Assembly: GCA_027623195.1 (NCBI GenBank)
Contig: JAQBUT010000007.1
Span: 1 to 64,000 of the forward strand
Direction of reading: 5' to 3'
Length of the DNA: 64,000 bases
DNA from: Chloroflexota bacterium
GTDB lineage: Bacteria > Chloroflexota > Dehalococcoidia > Lucifugimonadales > JADFKI01
Position numbers and translations under genes: made by a program. Positions 1 to 9,780 of the stretch are shown here, piece after piece; the first letter of the stretch is position 1; each line of letters opens with the position of its first letter. A model generated the notes under the pieces. The model worked only from the letters and a program-made list of their open reading frames with translations. It made no database searches and was not told the origin of the DNA.

Positions 1-136
1 TATTTCTGTCATTTTAGGAGCGGGACTCTCTCTTAGCTACCTGTCTAAAAAACCGATACCACCTCAGAGGCAAGACAATGAGAATGGGGCTGCTCAGGCT
101 AGGGGGCTTTTGGAAAAGATGGAATTGTGCCAGTTT

Positions 137-1405
137 CTAATTCACAGCGCTTCGGCGGCTGGATCGGTACAGGTGCATCAGGCCCTGGTGCCGACGCGCC
201 GAAAGGCTGCTTTTAGACGGCAAACCCATTTGTTTTCGCATCTCCCGCGTAATTTCGTTATCAGCCAGCCCTGGGAATTTTTTGTATGCATTCAACGTAA
301 GTTCCGCCAATTCCGCATAGGACTCCCGCTGGGCCAGGGCGCGCAAGAAAGGCAAGGCAACGTTAACGGTGATATCCCCGGCGCGACCAGCACCTATGAA
401 AGGCTTGACGCGGAATATGGCCTCTAGCCCGCTGGCTCCCTCTGTAGCAAGGACGTCTTGAAGCAGTCGTGACAGGCCCGACTTCAGGCAGTTTTCCAGT
501 ATGTGCACGGCTCCCTGAATACGACGCAACGGGTGGTTCGACGGTCGAACTCGGAACAGTCGCCACTGGTCCAGCGAAAGAGGCCTCACTCTAGATGAAC
601 CAGGGGACGAACCTGGAGACGGGCGCAAGGGAAGAAGCCGGGAAAGACGTAGCAACTCCTTCGTTTGAGGGTCCGCTTGAATTAAGGATATCAGGCCTGA
701 CGCTGACAGCAGCATAGCGTGGAGGGCCAAGGCGCGGATGGACGTTGGCTCATCCCCTAGCATGGCAAGCGCTGAAAACGGGACGACGTCTGCCAGCTGA
801 CGAAATGGTTTGCGATTTGACGCGTAGCCAAGGGCTTCCATAAGGGACCGATAAATCACCTGGTCCGCCGTGCCTTCGTTCAATTCCAGGGCGAAGCCTC
901 GGCACCTGGCGAGGAATCTCTCGTCACCCGCCAGATCTAGCCTGGCTTCCAGGTCGGCCGTTTCAAGGGCCGAACCCTGTTCGTGTTTCAATGGTTCTGC
1001 GGCGTCAAGAATATCTAGGCGATCCAAATGGTCCTGAAGAGATGCAATTGGCACGCGCATTTTTGAGTGCTGCGACGTTGTGGAATGCCCCTTGGCGGAA
1101 AGCACGACATGTAGCACTACGCCATTGTAGTTGGGATCGGCGTGATGGCCATGCCCGTACCAGTCAGGCGCATTGAGGTGTAACTCCACGTCACCGGTCA
1201 CTGACTCGCCGGCCTCGTTCAACAGCCTTGCGTCCAGGAAATCCGGACCGGCCCTGGGATTTGGTCTGCCGGGGTAGCTGACCCAGTATCGTTGCCCGTC
1301 CTGAGTCGTCAGGCCGTCCCGCAGGGTGCCTGCTCGCTCCCACAGGCTAGCTAGGGCGCGTTCGGAGTCCACACTATGAGGCCGTTCCGCGATCATTAAA
1401 GACAT
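137..1405 (-). CDS. DUF2851 family protein
   Basis: 422-aa ORF with PGxPNxxAGPDF, GDVELH, WYGHGHHxDPNYNGVVLHVV and RPSNHPLRRI motifs typical of DUF2851. Confidence 0.85.
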   Translation of the reverse strand: MSLMIAERPHSVDSERALASLWERAGTLRDGLTTQDGQRYWVSYPGRPNPRAGPDFLDARLLNEAGESVTGDVELHLNAPDWYGHGHHADPNYNGVVLHVVLSAKGHSTTSQHSKMRVPIASLQDHLDRLDILDAAEPLKHEQGSALETADLEARLDLAGDERFLARCRGFALELNEGTADQVIYRSLMEALGYASNRKPFRQLADVVPFSALAMLGDEPTSIRALALHAMLLSASGLISLIQADPQTKELLRLSRLLPLRPSPGSSPGSSRVRPLSLDQWRLFRVRPSNHPLRRIQGAVHILENCLKSGLSRLLQDVLATEGASGLEAIFRVKPFIGAGRAGDITVNVALPFLRALAQRESYAELAELTLNAYKKFPGLADNEITREMRKQMGLPSKSSLSARRHQGLMHLYRSSRRSAVN

Positions 1406-1503
1406 GGGTATCTCGTGGCTTACGCTTTAATCACGCCAATGATACCCAATTTTACTACTACTAAAAAGGGGTATGCCGTATTTCCCTCCACAGTATTCTG
1501 ACG

Positions 1504-1535
1504 AAAAAAGTGCGGCCCATTAGCTGGGCCGCACT
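1504..1535 (-). terminator. Intrinsic terminator of the fur-like/Ni-transporter operon
   Basis: AGTGCGGCCCA-TTAGC-TGGGCCGCACT hairpin followed on the minus strand by a T-run, just after the stop at 1572. Confidence 0.8.
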
Positions 1536-1571
1536 AATTAAATGCGATTGTGCCGGAGATTTCGTAAGGAA

Positions 1572-2321
1572 CTAGAAGGGAATGATTGCCGTCCCAAAGA
1601 CTATGTCGGACATCAGTCCAACGCCAAATATAAGGCTGGCTACTCCAGCCACACCGGCCACCATACCATTGACCTTATCAAAGCTACCGCTAATGGAAAA
1701 CGGAATTCCCAAAAGCACTGTGATAATCCCCATGGATACGATGGTTCCTACGCCGAAGAGTATGATGTACCCGATTCCGGCCCAGAAGGACGATATGGTG
1801 GGCAGAAGCACCAGCATCACTGCGGCGCTACCTGCCAGCCCGTGCACCACGCCTATGAAGTAGGACTTGGCCCTGAAGAATGGCTTGCCCGGGTTGAAGA
1901 AGCCGTGCTCTTTCTGGGCGTCGGCGGCATCGGTTGAGCCGTGACTACCGTGTATGTGGAGGTGTGGATCGTCATCGTGCTCGTGCCGGTGAACATGCAG
2001 CCTGCCTCGTTTGAGGTTCCAGAAGACCTGCGCCCCCAGAAGCACCAGCATTATTCCTACGCCAAACTCAAACACCGGAGCCACCGTCTCGTATCGGTCC
2101 AGCACCACAGATTTGAATATCAGTATGATCACGCCCAGCACCAGCAGCGGCGTGGTGTGACCCAACCCCCATGAACCACCGACCCATATGCCACGCCAGG
2201 CGTTCCGGTACTCCGTTGCGATAGTCGAAACAGCCACCACATGGTCGGCATCGGTAGCGTGCTTCAGTCCCAGCAGAAACCCCAACGCCAGGGCAGCCAG
2301 GGCACCTGATTGTAAGTCCAT
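1572..2321 (-). CDS. Nickel/cobalt transporter (NiCoT/UreH-like membrane protein)
   Basis: LGLKHATDADH motif, WGLGHT, His-rich loop (HVHRHEHDDDPHLHIH), GVVHGLAGS, about 6 TM segments. Confidence 0.85.
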   Translation of the reverse strand: MDLQSGALAALALGFLLGLKHATDADHVVAVSTIATEYRNAWRGIWVGGSWGLGHTTPLLVLGVIILIFKSVVLDRYETVAPVFEFGVGIMLVLLGAQVFWNLKRGRLHVHRHEHDDDPHLHIHGSHGSTDAADAQKEHGFFNPGKPFFRAKSYFIGVVHGLAGSAAVMLVLLPTISSFWAGIGYIILFGVGTIVSMGIITVLLGIPFSISGSFDKVNGMVAGVAGVASLIFGVGLMSDIVFGTAIIPF

Positions 2322-2385
2322 TCCCTACTCTCCTGCGGAAAAAATCAAATTGCTAAACGCCGTTTCGTCAACCTATCTCTAAAGG

Positions 2386-2808
2386 CTATTCAAGACACTC
2401 TCGACATGTGCCGAACAGGGCGATGTGGTCGATATCTGTCTCAAAGCCATGCTCTTTCATTACCTGTTCGCCCAGGGCCTCCATGTAATTGTGGTCAAGA
2501 AGCACTACGCGGTCGCAGGCGCGGCAAATCAGGTGGTGGTGACGCTGAGGAGTAATCCACTCGAACTGGAAATCTCCACCGCCCATGTCCGTCTCCGAAA
2601 TAAGACGGATCTCCTTGAGGACGTTCAGAGTCCTGTAGATCGTCGACGCATCGATAAAGGGATAGGATTCCTTGACCTCAGCCAATATTTCCGTAGCCGT
2701 CTTGTGGCCTTTGGCATGCCGAATGGCGGAAAGAATCATCAGACGCTGAGGCGTTAGCCTGTGACCAGTTTCCTTCAAGGTCTGCGCCGTCGCCTTTTCA
2801 CAACTCAT
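2386..2808 (-). CDS. Fur family transcriptional regulator (possibly nickel-responsive)
   Basis: RLTPQR, STIYRTL, HHHLICRAC and C-terminal CREC; ATG at 2808 follows AGGAG. Confidence 0.92.
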   Translation of the reverse strand: MSCEKATAQTLKETGHRLTPQRLMILSAIRHAKGHKTATEILAEVKESYPFIDASTIYRTLNVLKEIRLISETDMGGGDFQFEWITPQRHHHLICRACDRVVLLDHNYMEALGEQVMKEHGFETDIDHIALFGTCRECLE

Positions 2809-2817
2809 ATTTCGCTC

Positions 2818-2838
2818 CTGCAACTACTTGCAGTTGCA
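2818..2838. promoter_or_regulatory. Candidate operator palindrome next to the fur-like RBS
   Basis: CTGCAACTACTTGCAG is 14/16 palindromic; also TGCAACT-N6-AGTTGCA. Confidence 0.4.
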
Positions 2839-2977
2839 ATTTAGCAATATAAGCGATTCTTGTCAATAACAGAAATTAAGGCTTTGCACTTCGGATACAT
2901 TAAGGCGCGCAAACACCTTATTTGACTGCCGTAACAGGCGTTGATACACTCCCGTAACCCCTTGATGTGGCCTCATT

Positions 2978-4192
2978 ATGAACGACGCAAAGAAACTAAG
3001 CTCACTATTTGAATCCGGTCGACTGCTGCACCCTGCGGAAGGGGAAGTCGGCATCGTTGGCTTCGCCAGGGACCTGCACCGACTGGCCGGTGGACAGCCA
3101 GACGGTTCGCCTGACGACCAGCCTACCGTGCTGGCGGAACTTGGCGCCCCAAGGCATCTGGTCTTTCTGCTTGTGGACGGCCTGGGAATGAACTTCATCG
3201 AGAGCATGGGCCCCGACGCCTTCATTCCAAAACACGTCGTTGGGGAGATGAGGTCGGTGTTTCCGTCCACCACTGCAACGGCGCTCACATCGCTGGCTAC
3301 CGGAAAGTGGCCCGAAGACCATTCGGTAATGGGTTGGCACACCATGCTACCGGAAATCCAGGCAGTATCCACCATAATCCGTTACCAGAGGGTTCCAGAC
3401 GAGATGCCTCTATCCAAGATTGGCATCACCCCGCAACAGGCTTACCCAGTTCCATCGCGAATGCCATCATCCAAGAGCCGACGAAAGGTGATGTACCTGG
3501 TGCCCGAGAAAATTGCAGGCAGCGCTTACTCCAGGTACTGGTCCGCTGGCGTCGTAAGTAGGGGTTACAAATCGATCACAGGCGCCGTCAACCAGGTCAT
3601 CAAAAACATGGTGGGGTCTAAAGGAACGACCTTCACTTACCTCTATTTTCCGCAGGTGGACCACGCGGCACACAGGCACGGCACAGGCCATGAAGAAACG
3701 CTTTCGGCGCTTGAACAGGTGGATAAGGCAGTGGAAAAGCTAGCCGCATCTATGCCCGAAGACGCCCGCCTGATTATCACCGCAGACCACGGACACCTGG
3801 ATGCGGAGCCCGCGAAGATGTACGGCCTGGAAGCCGACGATAAGCTGTTGTCGTACTGCAGTGGGCCACCTTCTGGGGACGTTCGACTGATGTACGTTAC
3901 CGTGAACGACGGCTACACCCAGGCCTTTCGACAGCTAATCTCCGATAGGTACGGTGAGGATTTCTTAGTGCTGAAAACCGACGAGGCCGAAGATTTGAAC
4001 CTGTTCGGCCCAGGCGCGCTGTCGCCGGAGACCAGACGAAGAGTCGGGAACCTCATGGTGATTTCCACAGGGCCGGCAATTCTGGACTTTCGCGCCGCAT
4101 TAGGGGAGAAGTCCGAGGGTAGAGGCCCGACCTCTTCGGACCACTCCGGCCTGACACCGGACGAAATGCGCATACCGCTGGTGATTATTTAG
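2978..4192 (+). CDS. Alkaline phosphatase superfamily protein (nucleotide pyrophosphatase/phosphodiesterase)
   Basis: LVDGLG, SVFPSTTATALTSLATG, DHAAH, ITADHGH, HSGLT motifs. Confidence 0.9.
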   Translation: MNDAKKLSSLFESGRLLHPAEGEVGIVGFARDLHRLAGGQPDGSPDDQPTVLAELGAPRHLVFLLVDGLGMNFIESMGPDAFIPKHVVGEMRSVFPSTTATALTSLATGKWPEDHSVMGWHTMLPEIQAVSTIIRYQRVPDEMPLSKIGITPQQAYPVPSRMPSSKSRRKVMYLVPEKIAGSAYSRYWSAGVVSRGYKSITGAVNQVIKNMVGSKGTTFTYLYFPQVDHAAHRHGTGHEETLSALEQVDKAVEKLAASMPEDARLIITADHGHLDAEPAKMYGLEADDKLLSYCSGPPSGDVRLMYVTVNDGYTQAFRQLISDRYGEDFLVLKTDEAEDLNLFGPGALSPETRRRVGNLMVISTGPAILDFRAALGEKSEGRGPTSSDHSGLTPDEMRIPLVII

Positions 4193-4280
4193 GAAGCACA
4201 GTGCTAAAATCCTTGCATTCAGTCCTGACACCAAAAGGCCGGATGGCAACAGGCCTCAAAGCAACAGAGGGGGTAAGATA

Positions 4281-5156
4281 ATGGAAAAACGCAGACTGGG
4301 TAGAACAGAACACCAGAGCACGGTGGTAACCATCGGCACAGCCGGCCTGGGCAAGGTGACGCAAGATGTAGCGGACCAGGGCGTAGAACTCATGATGAAA
4401 CACGGCGTCAACCATGTGGACATCGCGCCGACCTACGGCCAGGCCATGGAGCGCATGGCGCCGTGGATGCCAAAGATTCGCAAAAAAATCTTCCTGGGGT
4501 CCAAGACCAGAGCACGCACCAAGTCGGAGGCCTGGGATAACATCCACAGCATCATGAGCAGGCTGGGCGTGGAGTCCTTCGATCTGTTCCAACTGCACTC
4601 AGTGGGTGTCATGGAAGACCTGGACGCCGTGACCGGTCCAGGAGGTGCGCTAGAGGCGTTGGTTGAGCTGAAGGAGCAGGGCCTGACTCGGTTCATCGGC
4701 GTTACGGGCCATGGGCCAGAAGCGCCCAGGGTACACCTGGAGGCCCTTCGCAGGTTTGACTTCGACACTATCATGTTTCCCGTTAGCGCGGCCATCTACA
4801 AGAACCCCGACTACAGCGAAAGCGCTCAGGAGTTGCTGGCAGCGGCGAACGAAAAGGATGTGGGCATCCAGACCATCAAGATGCTGGCGCGAGGTGGCTG
4901 GGGAGATCGGGACCGAGAGATGGCAACCTGGTACGACCCACACCGGGAGCAGCCCGACATCGACAGGGCCTTGTGGTGGGTACTATCCCAACCAATGCAT
5001 ACGGCCCCAAGCACTGGCGAGGTTACGCTTTGGCCGAACCTCTTGGATGCCGCTGAGCGCTTCAGCCCTCTTTCCTCCGACGAGCAGGAGAAGGTCGTCA
5101 ACAGCCAACAGCCTCCCCTACCGGAACCGGGCCTGGGAATACTAGCCGCAGACTAG
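4281..5156 (+). CDS. Aldo/keto reductase
   Basis: MEKRRLGRT, DIAPTYG, DLFQLH, RFIGVTGH. Confidence 0.9.
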   Translation: MEKRRLGRTEHQSTVVTIGTAGLGKVTQDVADQGVELMMKHGVNHVDIAPTYGQAMERMAPWMPKIRKKIFLGSKTRARTKSEAWDNIHSIMSRLGVESFDLFQLHSVGVMEDLDAVTGPGGALEALVELKEQGLTRFIGVTGHGPEAPRVHLEALRRFDFDTIMFPVSAAIYKNPDYSESAQELLAAANEKDVGIQTIKMLARGGWGDRDREMATWYDPHREQPDIDRALWWVLSQPMHTAPSTGEVTLWPNLLDAAERFSPLSSDEQEKVVNSQQPPLPEPGLGILAAD

Positions 5157-5657
5157 ATGCGACTAATCCGTCGAGTTTACAGGCTTGCCCTCCTGGTGAC
5201 GTTTCTGGCCGTCGGCTCCTTCGGCATATTTGTCCTTTTGGACGGGAACTCTGACCGGTGTGAAACGCGCATCTGCTGTATCGACTGCCAGTCCGCCGTG
5301 GTGGCCAGGATAATCGACGGGGACACGCTTGTTGTTGACCGCCGGTTCCAGCAGGACCAGAGGGTCAGGTTATACGGCGTGGATACTCCAGAGGTCGGCG
5401 AGCCTTGCTCTGACGAGGCAACGGATCTGCTGCGCCAGTTGGCAGGAGGCCGAGTCCGCGTCGAAACGGGGCCGCGTGCTGAAGACGTGTACGAAAGAAG
5501 TCTCTACTACCTGTACACGCAGTCCGGGGATAGCATTGACGAAATTCTGGTGCGGGAAGGCCTGGGAATTGCCTGGACCAGGGACGGTCAGCATCGAGAT
5601 TTGCTTGTGGATTTGGAGCGTCAGGCCAAGAGTTCGGGAACGGGCTGCCTCTGGTAA
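5157..5657 (+). CDS. Thermonuclease (SNase-like) family protein, membrane-anchored
   Basis: N-terminal TM, IIDGDTL, VRLYGVDTPE, LVREGL, C-terminal GCLW. Confidence 0.85.
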   Translation: MRLIRRVYRLALLVTFLAVGSFGIFVLLDGNSDRCETRICCIDCQSAVVARIIDGDTLVVDRRFQQDQRVRLYGVDTPEVGEPCSDEATDLLRQLAGGRVRVETGPRAEDVYERSLYYLYTQSGDSIDEILVREGLGIAWTRDGQHRDLLVDLERQAKSSGTGCLW

Positions 5658-5841
5658 GACTTATAGAAACACGACGGAGCGTGAAAGCTTCATACGGGTT
5701 TCATTAATAGAGGGCGGGCGACATGAAAAGGTTGCTCGAAATGGCTGGCGTGTCAGGTAGTCCAACAGTGGTTGCCGGGATACCAAGACAGGAGTCCGTC
5801 GACGTTCGGTAGCGCCGCCACAATCGCGACACACCATGCCA

Positions 5842-6699
5842 CTATTCGACGGTCCCGCCAGTGCTCCCGTTTATAATTAATCGAGGCACTGTTGGTGCTC
5901 CGGGCGGCCAACAGAAGATTGCCCCCTCCGTCAATTCGTTGCCCATCTTCATCAGCACGCCATTATTCAACCTCGCACCCACAACCCAATCCTGTACAAG
6001 GCTCGTCAGGTCGAAGGTAAGGTCCCCGAAGAACGATTCACTTGTTCCCACAGGCGCAGGCACGCCCGACGCCTCCACGGTTGGGCTGTGGTCCAGACTA
6101 GGGGAGAATGTGCCCGCCCCATCAGGCGAAGGCTGGTTGTTCCACCTAACATTGGTCGAGCTCCACGAAGGGAAAGGCCCGGAGTAGCCCGCAGGGGCCG
6201 ATGGTCCCACAATTTGGTGGGCAGTGACCAGAGGAGCATAGCTATTTCCCACCACGGTAACCATAGTTAACATGGCGTTGCTGATTGTCGAATCAGGCGC
6301 GATGGGCGATAAATCAAAGTAGAGGACCGACCTTCCGATGCGATCGGTGGCATCGTGTAGGTCAGGAAAATCTCTCATCATTAGCAGAATGCTGCCGTCT
6401 AAAACCTGGTCTGCAAGCGGCGGTAATGTAACGTCAGGCGTTTCCTTGACTACCCTGCGTCCATGAAGGGCCGGCAACGTCAGCGTAAACGATGTATTCG
6501 ATGGTCCAGGGCTTGTGCCTCCACCTCCGCCAGGGCTGAAGCTCGAATTTGCTGAGGCGGGCTTGGGTCTTACAGTAGCCACAATTGGCTTACTGAATGC
6601 CAGACCCAATGCCGCAACACCCCCAGCCTTGATAACCTGGCGGCGCGTAAGCCTGGAATACAGGCGCGAACGATCCTCTTTATTATCAGAACAAGACAA
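5842..6699 (-). CDS. Tat-exported DNRLRE-like domain protein
   Basis: TTG start after GGAGGG; twin-arginine signal LTRRQVIKAGGVAALGLAF; RSVLYFDLS, WNNQP, FDLTSLVQDWV, NNGVLMK, PRLII. Confidence 0.7.
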   Translation of the reverse strand: MSCSDNKEDRSRLYSRLTRRQVIKAGGVAALGLAFSKPIVATVRPKPASANSSFSPGGGGGTSPGPSNTSFTLTLPALHGRRVVKETPDVTLPPLADQVLDGSILLMMRDFPDLHDATDRIGRSVLYFDLSPIAPDSTISNAMLTMVTVVGNSYAPLVTAHQIVGPSAPAGYSGPFPSWSSTNVRWNNQPSPDGAGTFSPSLDHSPTVEASGVPAPVGTSESFFGDLTFDLTSLVQDWVVGARLNNGVLMKMGNELTEGAIFCWPPGAPTVPRLIINGSTGGTVE

Positions 6700-6968
6700 T
6701 AAGCCCTCCGAGCAGCAAAAGCCAGTGGATGTTGGAATGGATGAGTGACATCTCCGCACGTCCGGCTGACACAACGTTGCCGGTAATGTGAAATGCTTAG
6801 CCGCCTTGCATAAACATACAGGACGACCGTGAAAAACCCGGAGCCGAATCAGTACCCGTTCGGGGGACAGGCTGTCCCAAGGCGTGAACTAGGCGTGAAC
6901 CCATTGCTGAATATGGTGTACAGATGGTGACTGTTGGGCTGGGATTTGCGACATAACAGTCGCAGGTC

Positions 6969-7622
6969 TCAGCCCAGCTTGTAGGCGTGGACTACAAAAA
7001 TAGGATCTGTGTAGACGGGAGATTCAGGGCTAGCGTCAGTGGCTTTTGGCGGCGTCCATCCCCCGGAATTTGTGAAGTAGGAACCAATGAGTTCGGCACG
7101 TTGGTGGTCGTCAAGTTTTTGCCATACTGCCACCGCCTTGGTTGGGAACATTCGGTTGGAGTATATGACGTGAAAGACGGCGCCTGGCTTAATCACCCTT
7201 CGAACCTCTCGGAAGACCTCCAGAGGCCTGGTGATGTACTGGATGGAAACGGTTACTATTGCCGCATCGAACCGATCGTCCTCGAAAGGCAATGTGGGGG
7301 CCTGGTTAATGTCGTGCACCACCCGTTCGTCTAGCTGCTGGTTCTCCGCCAACTCAACCTCGTTTAGCCCAAGCCCTACTAAAGCCTTCTTGCCAAAGCC
7401 CTCAGGCAGATGTGATCGCCAACTGCTCATCAGGTCCAATATGATGGCGTTTTCGGGCAGAGCCTCCTGCAGGTAGGCCCCCACGGCACAAATGGCAGCC
7501 TCGTCTATGTGCACTAGAAGTCGTGGCTCCACGTAGAAGAGTCCGTCGTTGCTCTCGTCCTGACGCCTGAAGAACTCGGGTGGGTATACATCCTCTGATG
7601 ATGGCAATGGCCCCTGGTTCAT
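6969..7622 (-). CDS. Class I SAM-dependent methyltransferase (type 11)
   Basis: FYVEPRLLVHID, LDLMSSWRSHLP, SNRMFPTKAV. Confidence 0.88.
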   Translation of the reverse strand: MNQGPLPSSEDVYPPEFFRRQDESNDGLFYVEPRLLVHIDEAAICAVGAYLQEALPENAIILDLMSSWRSHLPEGFGKKALVGLGLNEVELAENQQLDERVVHDINQAPTLPFEDDRFDAAIVTVSIQYITRPLEVFREVRRVIKPGAVFHVIYSNRMFPTKAVAVWQKLDDHQRAELIGSYFTNSGGWTPPKATDASPESPVYTDPIFVVHAYKLG

Positions 7623-7761
7623 TTCCGTCCGATCTCCACCTGCAAATTACACGGCATCCGGCTTGTCGCCGCAGGGTCTGGTCGCGAGTGTAACAACGGC
7701 CCAATTCCCGGTCAATCCACATACCCAGTATCCGTCGGCTTTCCGTTATAATGACCTCAAT

Positions 7762-8427
7762 ATGTGCGGAAGATATACGTTAACGACCAGCGCCGAAGAG
7801 TTGGAAGAGAGGTTCCGTTTTAGCGCGGATGGCCTCAATATTGTCCCAAACTACAACGCGGCTCCCAGGCAGCCCGTGCTCACCATCGTGCGGGAGGACG
7901 GCAACGTCGGGCGACTGATGAAGTGGGGGCTGATACCATCCTGGGCGCCGGACCCGTCCATCGGCAACAAGATGATTAACGCGCGCTCTGAAACTGTGGC
8001 CGAGAAACCCAGCTTCCGCGCAGCGCTCACCAAGCGTCGTTGCCTGATACCGGCCGACGGTTTTTACGAGTGGCAGAAGGTTGGACCCAACAAGCGCCCA
8101 ATGCGTATAACACTGGCCTCTGGGAAGCCTTTCGCATTCGCAGGCCTTTGGGAGACATGGCATACGCGAAAAGGCGAAACTGTACACACCTGCACTATCC
8201 TGACCACCTCCGCCAACGAGAGTCTGGCACCCATTCACAACAGGATGCCCGTGATACTCACTCCTGAAGTCGAGGAGATATGGCTGGACCACACAATCCA
8301 GGATAGGGAACTGCTCTCTAGCCTATTCGTCCCCTACGACCCGTCAGAGACGGTGGCATACGAGGTTTCCGATCTCGTAAACTCTGCTGCCAACAACGTC
8401 CCTGAAGCTATTACGCCAGTTGCGTAG
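7762..8427 (+). CDS. SOS response-associated peptidase (SRAP/YedK, abasic-site protection)
   Basis: Starts MCGRY (catalytic Cys2); WGLIPSW, INARSET, RCLIPADGFYEW, HNRMPVIL. Confidence 0.93.
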   Translation: MCGRYTLTTSAEELEERFRFSADGLNIVPNYNAAPRQPVLTIVREDGNVGRLMKWGLIPSWAPDPSIGNKMINARSETVAEKPSFRAALTKRRCLIPADGFYEWQKVGPNKRPMRITLASGKPFAFAGLWETWHTRKGETVHTCTILTTSANESLAPIHNRMPVILTPEVEEIWLDHTIQDRELLSSLFVPYDPSETVAYEVSDLVNSAANNVPEAITPVA

Positions 8428-9661
8428 TCCCGTTCCAGGGCCACGCTTTTCTCGTACGTTTCCTTTTAACATCTACCGGGGCTGGTGGATAGTTGCTGTA
8501 ACTTTCATGGCGGCCGCCGTCACAATTGGTTCCAGCCAGTACATCTTTGGGCTCTACTTCGAGCCGCTGGAAGATGCCTTCGGGTGGAATCGCACACAGA
8601 TTAGCGCATCGCTCTCTTTCTCAGCCATTGGCAGCCTGGCTGCGCCCCTTCTGGGACGTCTCATGGACAGGTACGGAACCAGGTATGTCATGTCCCTGTC
8701 TCTGGTGCTCACGGCGGTCAGCTTCCTGTTACGCCCCCTCATGTCCGAACTCTGGCACTGGTACGGCCTTAGCCTTATACAGTTTATTGGCTTCTCCGGA
8801 GCGGTGATGCTACCCGCAGGCAAGTTGGTAGGCATCTGGTTTCAGGGCAAACGCGGGCGCGTTATGGGTGTGGCTATGATGGGCAACAACTTCGGAGGCC
8901 TGCTGATGCCGGCCATAGCCGGGTTCACTTTGACGGCCTTCTCATGGCGGGCCTCCTACTTCGTGGTCGGCCTGACGATTTTGCTGGTCGGCTTTGCGGC
9001 CTTGGCGCTGGTGCATGAGAACGTACCAGCCGAAGGGCCGAGGTTGCGGCAGAGTAATCCCAGGCCAATTACAGGGTCCACCCTGAAAGAGGCCCTCCGT
9101 AGCCGTGTGTTTTACGTTCTCGTAGCGCTTTTCATTGTTGGCAGCATGCCCTTTGCGGCGCTTCTGCCGCAGATGGTGGCTCACCTGACCAACGAAGGGT
9201 ACACTTTGGCGTCCGCCTCAATGGCGCTTAGCTTGATTGCTGTCGGAGGCATGGCGGGCAAGCTGGTCTTTGGAATATTGGCTGAGCACATCACAGCCCA
9301 GAAAGGCATGCTGATAAGTTTTTCCGGACTCACCGTTGCCATCATTCTTATGAGAGACCTTCCGGCCTATCACCTGATTTGGCTGGTCGCGCCGATCTTC
9401 GGACTATGCATGGGCTCCTTCGGCACTCTAGTTACGCTGGCAACGCAGGACAACTTTGGCCTTCGCAGCTTCGGGAGCATAACCGGCGCGCTGAACGCAG
9501 CCACAGTATTTGCCTTCGCTCTGGGGCCGCTCCTGGGTGGAGCCTCTTTTGACGTCACCGGCAGCTACGGGACGGCCTTTATCGCCGTCGCGGCAATGAT
9601 CGCCTTTGGACTTCTTATGGTCACTCAGGTGCGAGACGGACCCTTCCAAAGCCAGCCTTAA
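8420..9661 (+). CDS. MFS transporter
   Basis: About 12 hydrophobic segments, GRLMDRYGTR motif A, YRGWWIV N-terminus. Confidence 0.9.
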   Translation: MRSPVPGPRFSRTFPFNIYRGWWIVAVTFMAAAVTIGSSQYIFGLYFEPLEDAFGWNRTQISASLSFSAIGSLAAPLLGRLMDRYGTRYVMSLSLVLTAVSFLLRPLMSELWHWYGLSLIQFIGFSGAVMLPAGKLVGIWFQGKRGRVMGVAMMGNNFGGLLMPAIAGFTLTAFSWRASYFVVGLTILLVGFAALALVHENVPAEGPRLRQSNPRPITGSTLKEALRSRVFYVLVALFIVGSMPFAALLPQMVAHLTNEGYTLASASMALSLIAVGGMAGKLVFGILAEHITAQKGMLISFSGLTVAIILMRDLPAYHLIWLVAPIFGLCMGSFGTLVTLATQDNFGLRSFGSITGALNAATVFAFALGPLLGGASFDVTGSYGTAFIAVAAMIAFGLLMVTQVRDGPFQSQP

Positions 9662-9780
9662 CGTTTCAGTACCCGAATCCAATCGCTGAACTGATAGTAG
9701 CGGCGCGCCAAAGGTTATATACCACGTAGGATCAGTGCGCTATCGAGCGCCTCCTGCAACAGTCATTCTCAGAAGGGGTA

